Part shown: in pieces, positions 6,358 to 12,277 of the stretch
Layout: every line of letters starts with the position of its first letter
Numbering within the stretch: position 1 is the first letter of the stretch
NCBI GenBank assembly: GCA_040256005.1
Contig: JBDZWC010000092.1
Span: 1-12,277, forward strand
Length of the DNA stretch: 12,277 nucleotides
Source of the DNA: Deinococcaceae bacterium
GTDB lineage: Bacteria > Deinococcota > Deinococci > Deinococcales > Trueperaceae
Direction: 5' to 3'
Program-made: the position numbers and the translations under genes
Notes under the pieces: generated by a model
Seen by the model: the letters and a program-made list of their open reading frames with translations, nothing else
Told to the model about the DNA's origin: nothing
Databases searched by the model: none

Positions 6358-6828
6358 CTAGTGACGGCTGGCCGATGGCGACGTACCGCTCAGGCTCAAC
6401 TGCGGCTCGTCCACCTCCCAGCCGGTGGCGCGTTCGATCTGCTCCTTCAGGTAGAGCCCGAGCGGCTTCCCGTCGATGAGCGGCGCCGGCACGTCCAGCA
6501 CTTCGCCGGTCTCCTTGCACACCACATGGTAGTGCGGCGTCACGTTGCTGTCGTAGAGCGATTCGCCGTTCGCACCCTTGAACTCGCACACCAAGCCGGC
6601 TTCGGCCAGCGCCGAGAGGTTGAGGTACACCGTCGAGAGGCTGAGGTCCTCGCCGCGCGCCTTCAGGTCTAGGTAGAGGCTCTCGGCGCTGACGTGCCTG
6701 TCCTTCTCCGACAGGTAGGCCAGTATCGCCTCGCGCGGACGGCTGTAGCGCAGCCCTCGGTCCTTGAGGACCTGTCGCACTTCGGCCCTACGTGGATCGC
6801 CGTGGTCAGCTTGTCCGTTGGCAGACAT
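6358..6828 (-). CDS. Fur family transcriptional regulator, PerR-like
   Basis: 'LKDRGLRYSRPREAIL', 'HVSAE', 'SLSTVYLNL', 'YDSN..PHYHVVC..GEVLDV'; H, D, H, H, D regulatory-site pattern as in PerR. Confidence 0.93.
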   Translation of the reverse strand: MSANGQADHGDPRRAEVRQVLKDRGLRYSRPREAILAYLSEKDRHVSAESLYLDLKARGEDLSLSTVYLNLSALAEAGLVCEFKGANGESLYDSNVTPHYHVVCKETGEVLDVPAPLIDGKPLGLYLKEQIERATGWEVDEPQLSLSGTSPSASRH

Positions 6829-6852
6829 CGTCAGGGAGCCTCGCCTGACGCG

Positions 6853-6878
6853 AGCGTACCATGTCGGAATACTTCCGA
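6853..6878 (-). promoter_or_regulatory. Extended -10 (TGgTACGCT, 6861-6853) with an adjacent 15-bp inverted repeat TCGGAA-N3-TTCCGA (6864-6878); candidate autoregulatory box
   Basis: Perfect 6-3-6 inverted repeat in an AT-richer patch directly upstream of the -10 of the Fur-family gene. Confidence 0.6.
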
Positions 6879-6960
6879 ATTGTATTTGTGGACGTCGGCA
6901 GCGCGGGTGCGTGTCGTGCAGGACGCGATCCCAGCCGAGCCCATCAGCAGTGCCGACACC

Positions 6961-7950
6961 TCAACCAAGCAGGTCGGCGACCGCGGCTCTCTCCTCCAGA
7001 AGCTCGGCTTCGGACGCCTTCATGCGCTTGCGAACGTCGTCCCCTAGCTCGAGGTCCCTTACGACCGTCACTTCGCCGCCGCTAATCGTCACCGGATACG
7101 AGTAGATGACGTCACCCTCGACGCCGTAAGCGTTGCCCGTCTCTCTGGCGGAGATCGCCATGCTGACCCAGTCGCCGTCGGCAGTCCCAAGGGCCCAGCT
7201 ACGCACGTGGTCTATCGCTGCGTTGGCAGCCGAGGCAGCGCTTGACGCTCCGCGGGCATCGATGATGGCCGCCCCGCGCTTCTGAACGGTAGGGATGAAG
7301 TGGTCGACGACCCATGCCTCGTCAACGAGGTCGCGCGCCGGCCTGCCACCAACGGTCGCGTGGCTGAGATCGGGAACCTGCGTGCTGGAGTGGTTGCCCC
7401 AGATGGTCATCCGCTTCACGTCCGCCACCTGCGAAGACGTCTTCACGGCGAGCTGGCTCAACGCGCGGTTGTGGTCGAGCCGGGTCATGGCACTGAACTG
7501 CTTCGGTGCTAGCTCGGGGGCGTTGCGCATCGCGATGAGGCAGTTGGTGTTCGCCGGGTTCCCCACCACCAAGACCTTCGCGTCGCGCGATGCACGTTCG
7601 TTGAGCGCCTTGCCCTGAGTCGTGAAGATCGCTCCGTTGGCCTGCAGCAGGTCCTTGCGTTCCATACCCGGTCCCCGTGGCCTCGAGCCGACCAGAAGGG
7701 CGTAATTGGCACCATCGAAGGCCTCGCCCGGGTCATCGCTTGCCCTGGTCGCGTGAAGCAACGGGAACGCACAGTCCTCGAGCTCCATGATCACGCCCTC
7801 CAGCGCCTTCATGGCCGGGGTGATCTCCAGGAGCTGAAGCTCGACCGGCTGGTCCTTACCGAGCATGTCGCCCGCCGCGATGCGGAACAAGAGCGCGTAG
7901 CCGATCTGCCCTGCTGCACCTGTGACGGCAACCTTCACTGGCTGTTTCAT
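6961..7950 (-). CDS. mdh: Malate dehydrogenase (type 2, Thermus/cytosolic-like)
   Basis: [66 protein letters not shown] lies 5 nt before the ATG. Confidence 0.98.
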   Translation of the reverse strand: MKQPVKVAVTGAAGQIGYALLFRIAAGDMLGKDQPVELQLLEITPAMKALEGVIMELEDCAFPLLHATRASDDPGEAFDGANYALLVGSRPRGPGMERKDLLQANGAIFTTQGKALNERASRDAKVLVVGNPANTNCLIAMRNAPELAPKQFSAMTRLDHNRALSQLAVKTSSQVADVKRMTIWGNHSSTQVPDLSHATVGGRPARDLVDEAWVVDHFIPTVQKRGAAIIDARGASSAASAANAAIDHVRSWALGTADGDWVSMAISARETGNAYGVEGDVIYSYPVTISGGEVTVVRDLELGDDVRKRMKASEAELLEERAAVADLLG

Positions 7951-8034
7951 CTCTGCTCCTCGTCCCCTGGCCTAGCTTCGCGCTTCGTGCGCCGCTCCTA
8001 TTTGGCTATGTCCGGCACCTGCTGCCACCTACGC

Positions 8035-8064
8035 CCACGACATCGCGCTCCACGACGTCGCGCT
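8035..8064. repeat. 15-bp tandem direct repeat (ccacgacRtcgcgct x2) upstream of mdh
   Basis: ccacgacatcgcgct (8035-8049) and ccacgacgtcgcgct (8050-8064); degenerate third copy ccacgacgacgcg at 8119-8131. Confidence 0.6.
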
Positions 8065-8188
8065 TCGAGCCGGGCTAGCTGCGCACCGCGCCTCCGAACT
8101 AGATGCGGACGACGCTGACCACGACGACGCGTGGCCGGCGACGGCAACGGTGATGCTAACCGACCGGTCCCTTGGGACGCCGGCTCGA

Positions 8189-8204
8189 TGTTTCACGTGA
8201 AACA
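8189..8204. promoter_or_regulatory. parS: parS centromere-like site
   Basis: Perfect consensus palindrome TGTTTCACGTGAAACA about 80 bp downstream of parB. Confidence 0.97.
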
Positions 8205-8283
8205 ACCGGATTCTTCCGCGGGGAGGTGCGCGACCGCTTCGCGATGCGGCGCCTCCGCGCCTGGCGTCGCAAGTGGCCGGACG

Positions 8284-9105
8284 CTAGGCCTGGTAGCCGA
8301 GCAACTCTAGGAGCCTCTGAAGTTCGTCTTGGTTGTGGAAGTGGAGCTCGATCTTGCCGCGGTCCGCGCCCGTGATACGCACTCTGGTGCCAGCATGCCG
8401 GCTTAGGTCCTCCTCCAAGCCGCGGTACCGCTCGCCCTCCCTCGTCTGTTCCTTGGAACGGGGCGCCGGGCGCTTGAGTCGCTCTGCCTGCCTTACCGAA
8501 AGACCCTTCGCAACGATCGTCTCGAACGCCCATAGCCGATCTTCGTCCGCCTGGGCCAGCACCGAGCGCGCGTGGCCCGCGCTGATCACGCCTTCTTCCA
8601 AGGCTGTAAGAACAGGCTCGGGCAGCGTCAGGAGCCTAAGAGTGTTCGCCACGGCGCTTCGGCTTTTGCCTACGGCCTGTGCCACCTTCTCCTGGTTCAG
8701 CCCGAAATCCAGGAGCTGCTTGTAGGCCCGCGCCTGCTCGACGTCGTTGAGGTCCTCCCGCTGTAGGTTCTCGACGATCGCGATCTCGAGCGCTTCCTGG
8801 TCAGTGAGGTCACGCACCAACGCCGGGACCGTCGCGAGCCCCGCCTGCTTGGCTGCCCTCAAGCGCCTCTCCCCGGCAACGACCTCGTAGCCGTCTCCGA
8901 CGGGACGCACAAGGATCGGCTGCAGCACTCCTCGCTCGGCAACGGATGCGGTCAGTTCGGCGATCGCCGCTTCGTCGAACCGCTTGCGCGGTTGCAGTGG
9001 CGACGCCGTCACCTTCGAAGTGGGCACCTGTTGTGCTCCGCCCTTGTCGGCTTTGGGCAGAAGGGCGTCCAGACCACGCCCCAAACCCCTAGGCTTCGCT
9101 GACAC
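8284..9105 (-). CDS. parB: Chromosome partitioning protein ParB/Spo0J
   Basis: GLGRGLDALL N-terminal peptide, QPRK.F, GVLQPI, AGERRLRAA CTP box, ENLQREDL, HTH 'GKSRSAVANTLRLL'. The GTG start at 9105 is chosen for SD GGAGG 9 nt upstream. Confidence 0.97.
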   Translation of the reverse strand: MSAKPRGLGRGLDALLPKADKGGAQQVPTSKVTASPLQPRKRFDEAAIAELTASVAERGVLQPILVRPVGDGYEVVAGERRLRAAKQAGLATVPALVRDLTDQEALEIAIVENLQREDLNDVEQARAYKQLLDFGLNQEKVAQAVGKSRSAVANTLRLLTLPEPVLTALEEGVISAGHARSVLAQADEDRLWAFETIVAKGLSVRQAERLKRPAPRSKEQTREGERYRGLEEDLSRHAGTRVRITGADRGKIELHFHNQDELQRLLELLGYQA

Positions 9106-9847
9106 GCTCGATGACCTCCTCGGCCAGCTCACGGTACGCGATAGCCCCCTGTGAGCTCGGCGCGTACTCGAATATCGATCTACCGTACGACGGTGCTTCG
9201 GCCAGGCGAACGGTCCGCGGGATGATGGTCCGGAACACCTGAGTGCCGAAGTGGCGCCTCACGTTCTCTTCGACCTCCTGCGAGAGGCGCGTGCGGCCGT
9301 CGTACATGGTCAACAGGATGCCGAGTATCCGAATGTCCCGGTTCAACGAACCCCGGACGCGCTCTACCGTCTCCATCATGCTGGCGATGCCTTCGAGCGC
9401 GTAGTACTCCGTCTGCAACGGGATCAGGAGCTGGTCGGCAGCGCCGAGCGCGTTGAGCGTGAGGGCGCCCATCGACGGCGGGGCGTCAATCACGATGAAG
9501 TCATAGGTGGGTCGCACGCCGATCAGGGACCGGCTCAAGAGCATCAGGTTGTCGCGACTTGCGTCCAGCTCGACGGCCGCGCCGGCTAGGTCGCTGGACG
9601 CCGCGAGCAGGTCCAGGTTCTCGACACCGGTGCCCGTAACGGCGTGACGAGCCGAAGACTCCCCAGAAAGCACATCGTAGATCGTCTGTTCTGGTCGCGT
9701 GATTCCCACGCCGCTGCTGGCGTTGGCTTGCGGATCGAGGTCTACCAGAAGGATCCGGCGTCGTTCTGACAGCGCAGCCGCCAGGTTCACAGCCGTGGTC
9801 GTCTTGCCGACGCCGCCTTTCTGGTTGATCACCCCGATGGTGGGCAA
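9089..9847 (-). CDS. parA: Chromosome partitioning ATPase ParA/Soj
   Basis: Deviant Walker A NQKGGVGKTTT, DLDPQANAS, IDAPPS, QTEYYALEG, LAEAPS.G. TTG start with SD GGAGG 6 nt upstream. Confidence 0.97.
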   Translation of the reverse strand: MPTIGVINQKGGVGKTTTAVNLAAALSERRRILLVDLDPQANASSGVGITRPEQTIYDVLSGESSARHAVTGTGVENLDLLAASSDLAGAAVELDASRDNLMLLSRSLIGVRPTYDFIVIDAPPSMGALTLNALGAADQLLIPLQTEYYALEGIASMMETVERVRGSLNRDIRILGILLTMYDGRTRLSQEVEENVRRHFGTQVFRTIIPRTVRLAEAPSYGRSIFEYAPSSQGAIAYRELAEEVIERVSEA

Positions 9848-10545
9848 GCGCGTCCTCCAGCCAGGCGCAGTGCGACGAGGCTACCATCGCGGCCCAGCGG
9901 ACGCTCATCTGCTACGGCGAGAACCGCCTCTCCTTGGGTAGAAGCCGAGGCGAACGCCCACATGGCCGGGCTTTCGACGTCCTCGTCGAACGTGCCGTGC
10001 CGGCGTGAACCGGGCGAGAGCCACTCGCTGAGGTCGTTCAACTCCTCGTGCCAGCTCGGGCCCCTGCGGCTGACCAGGTAGCAAGGGTCGCGATGGAGGT
10101 GTCGCGTCAGGCGCGCCACGGAGGCGAACGTGGAGACGGCTTGGGCCGTGACCACGTCGGCGCACACGCCGGAAAGCGCCGTGATGTCGGCCGTATGGAC
10201 GATCGCGTTGTCGAGATCAAGTCGGCCGGCGGCCATGTCGAGGAACGCTCCGCGCCGGCGCCGGCGCTCAACGAGGTGCACCGTGGCACCCGGGAGCTCG
10301 GCGGCGATGACTACCCCAGGCAATCCTGCTCCCGAACCCAGGTCAACGACGACGGCGCTCTGGCCCACGAGGTCCGAGATGACGGCCGCGTAGGCCCGCG
10401 CCTCCTCGATCAGACGATCCAGCTCGTCGATGCCCTTCGTGGACACCAGGTCCAGCGTGCCGTGGTACTGCTCCAACAGCCTCGCGTACTCACCCAAACG
10501 TGCGTTCGTCACACAGCTCCTCTGCACCTCTTCCTGGTTCCACAT
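9829..10545 (-). CDS. rsmG: 16S rRNA m7G527 methyltransferase RsmG/GidB (divergent; may start at GTG 10512)
   Basis: SAM motif VDLGSGAGLPG, LVE.R..R..FL, and canonical position between mnmG and parA. GTG 10512 has GAGGAG just upstream. Confidence 0.88.
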   Translation of the reverse strand: MWNQEEVQRSCVTNARLGEYARLLEQYHGTLDLVSTKGIDELDRLIEEARAYAAVISDLVGQSAVVVDLGSGAGLPGVVIAAELPGATVHLVERRRRRGAFLDMAAGRLDLDNAIVHTADITALSGVCADVVTAQAVSTFASVARLTRHLHRDPCYLVSRRGPSWHEELNDLSEWLSPGSRRHGTFDEDVESPAMWAFASASTQGEAVLAVADERPLGRDGSLVALRLAGGRACPPSG

Positions 10546-10710
10546 GACTCTGCCGCAGCTATCGCCCGCGGTAATGAAGGCGCCACGAAGTCTGGCGGCC
10601 CTGGGAGGACGGCACGGCCCTCGCAGGCGTGGCTACCTCCCCAGCCCCGCTTGCGATCGCCATGCGACACGAACGTCTACGGTCAGCTCCGCCGCGCCTA
10701 GGCCGGCGGA

Positions 10711-10726
10711 TGTTTCACGTGAAACA
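10711..10726. promoter_or_regulatory. parS: parS centromere-like site
   Basis: Perfect TGTTTCACGTGAAACA; the palindrome extends to 20 bp (GATGTTTCACGTGAAACATC, 10709-10728). Confidence 0.97.
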
Positions 10727-10823
10727 TCTTCTCCCACGAAGGACTGAGATGGATGACCGGAGACGACGTGCGAGTAATGGCAGCGACCACGGCGGCTCGA
10801 ACCGCTTATACCTGCCGGGTAAA

Positions 10824-10849
10824 CCCCGTCGTTCGGCGCCGAAATGGGG
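10824..10849 (-). terminator. Possible weak terminator hairpin after mnmG
   Basis: Minus strand CCCCAT-TTCGGCGCCGAA-CGACGGGG followed by only TTTA, about 25 nt after the mnmG stop. Confidence 0.3.
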
Positions 10850-10873
10850 ACAGGCGAGATCTGAGCTTCGTGC

Positions 10874-12277
10874 TCAGCTCTGCGCGACGTGCTCGCGCTG
10901 CTTGCTCCGCAGGTGCACCAACAGCGCGGCGACGTCGCTGTCCCTCACGCCCCGCAGGCGCTGAGCCGCACCCACCGTTGCCGGCCGGGCCCGCTCGAGG
11001 GCCTCCCGGCCCTCGCTAGACAGGCTCGCGATTGAGCCGAAGTCGACGTGGCCCAGGTGCCTCTGTTCGTAGTCGGAGCGTTCGGCGAGATGCTTCTCGG
11101 CCCGTTCGATGTACGGCGCGTAGCGGACCAGCACCTCGACCTTGGCCCTCTCTCTGGCTGTGAGTTCGGGTGAACCTGGGCCGACCAGCGCCACCACGGA
11201 GTCGTAGCTCTCACCTGGGCGGCACATCAGCTTCGTAGCTGGGTCGCCCGCCACGCGGGCGGCGGCCAAACGCGCGAACTCCGCTCGCACACGGCGCTCC
11301 GACGCGCTCACCTCGGACACGCGCTCGTCGGACACGAGACCCCATGAGTGCCCCACGCCGACCAAGCGCTCGTCGGCGTTGTCTTGGCGGTGAAGGAGCC
11401 GATGCTCGTTACGCGAGGTGAGCATGCGATAGGGCTCGTTGAGACCGCCGCGGACGAGGTCGTCCAGCATCACGCCGATGTAGGCCTGATCGCGGCGCAG
11501 CGTCACCCTGTCCATACCCTGTGCGTGACGGGCGGCGTTGACGCCGGCGATCAAGCCCTGCGCAGCGGCCTCCTCGTAACCCGAAGTCCCGTTGATCTGA
11601 CCCGCCGAGAACAGCCCCGGCAGCCGACGCGACATCAGCGTAGTGTCGAGCTGGGATGGCTCGAGAGCGTCGTACTCGACGGCGTACGCGTAGCGATGGA
11701 TAACGGCGTCCTCGAAGCCGGGCAGTGTGCGGATCATGTCGTCCTGGAGGATGGGGGGCATCGAGCTCGAGAAGCCCTGCAGGTAGAGCTCGCTGGTATC
11801 GACCCCGTCCGGTTCCACGAAGAGCAGGTGCTGGTCCTTGTCCGAGAACCGCACCACCTTGTCCTCTATGGAGGGGCAGTACCTAGGACCCGTGCCCTCG
11901 ATCTCGCCGCCGTACATCGCCGACTCCGCGAGGTTTCTCAGGATCAGTTCGTGCGTGGCGGGCGTCGTACGGGTGAGCCAGGTAGACGTGCTGGCGGCTC
12001 TGCGACCGGGGTAGCCCGTGAAGCTGTCGGGCGGGTCGTCCGACGGAACCTCGTCCAGGACGCTCAGGTCTACCGAGTCGGCCCTGATGCGCGGCGGGGT
12101 GCCGGTCTTCAGGCGCAGCAGTTCGTGCCCGGTCTGGATAAGGCTCTTGGACAGGTGCCTGGCAGGTGGCTCGCCCTGCCTGCCGCCCGGCCGGCTCTGC
12201 TTGCCGTACCAGACGTCACCAGCGAGGAAGGTCCCGGTGCAGAGCACGACGCTTGGAGCCGAGAGGTCACGGCCGAC
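10874..12277 (-). CDS. mnmG: tRNA uridine-5-carboxymethylaminomethyl modification enzyme MnmG/GidA (5' part outside window)
   Basis: TGTFL, RLKTGTPPRI, GPRYCPSIEDK, YAVEYD, AGQINGTSGYEEAAAQG, EPYRMLTSR.E.RL. The frame is open to the window edge. Confidence 0.98.
   Translation of the reverse strand, partial: VGRDLSAPSVVLCTGTFLAGDVWYGKQSRPGGRQGEPPARHLSKSLIQTGHELLRLKTGTPPRIRADSVDLSVLDEVPSDDPPDSFTGYPGRRAASTSTWLTRTTPATHELILRNLAESAMYGGEIEGTGPRYCPSIEDKVVRFSDKDQHLLFVEPDGVDTSELYLQGFSSSMPPILQDDMIRTLPGFEDAVIHRYAYAVEYDALEPSQLDTTLMSRRLPGLFSAGQINGTSGYEEAAAQGLIAGVNAARHAQGMDRVTLRRDQAYIGVMLDDLVRGGLNEPYRMLTSRNEHRLLHRQDNADERLVGVGHSWGLVSDERVSEVSASERRVRAEFARLAAARVAGDPATKLMCRPGESYDSVVALVGPGSPELTARERAKVEVLVRYAPYIERAEKHLAERSDYEQRHLGHVDFGSIASLSSEGREALERARPATVGAAQRLRGVRDSDVAALLVHLRSKQREHVAQS

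Noticed and set aside
9106..9132. Longer ParB N-terminus starting at 9132
   Set aside because: It lies within parA and spans the SD; GTG 9105 fits the SD and the usual ParB N-terminus.
10536..10552. Degenerate parS-like GGTTCCACATGACTCT at the rsmG 5' end
   Set aside because: About five mismatches to consensus; only one half-site resembles parS.
7951..10873. oriC within the parS-containing spacers
   Set aside because: No clustered DnaA boxes or AT-rich unwinding element seen by eye.
10629..10964. ORFs containing MFHVKH or VSRET (also 8156-8533, 8172-8375, 10430-10747)
   Set aside because: These peptides are translations of the parS palindrome, a known source of spurious ORFs.

Overview
GC-rich bacterial chromosomal window, most likely Deinococcota (inferred from the Thermus-type MDH, many leaderless TANNNT promoters and the gene set). 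It is probably origin-proximal: the right end holds mnmG (5'-truncated)-rsmG-parA-parB with two perfect parS palindromes flanking rsmG-parA-parB. Other genes are hsp20 divergent from miaA, a zinc-finger dnaJ outside a dnaK operon, a GNAT acyltransferase, a PerR-like Fur regulator and mdh. The most interesting element is a four-gene operon at 2793-5380 (- strand) under a near-consensus sigma70 promoter with an overlapping palindrome. It encodes a 62-aa amphipathic peptide, a SHOCT-like/11-mer-repeat/Toastrack-like (DUF4097) protein, a SHOCT-like protein and a DUF2089 HTH protein. The last three share one short bihelical motif, suggesting a soluble partner-switching stress module with no PspA or PspC in the window. 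No mobile element, CRISPR array, tRNA or rRNA was seen.
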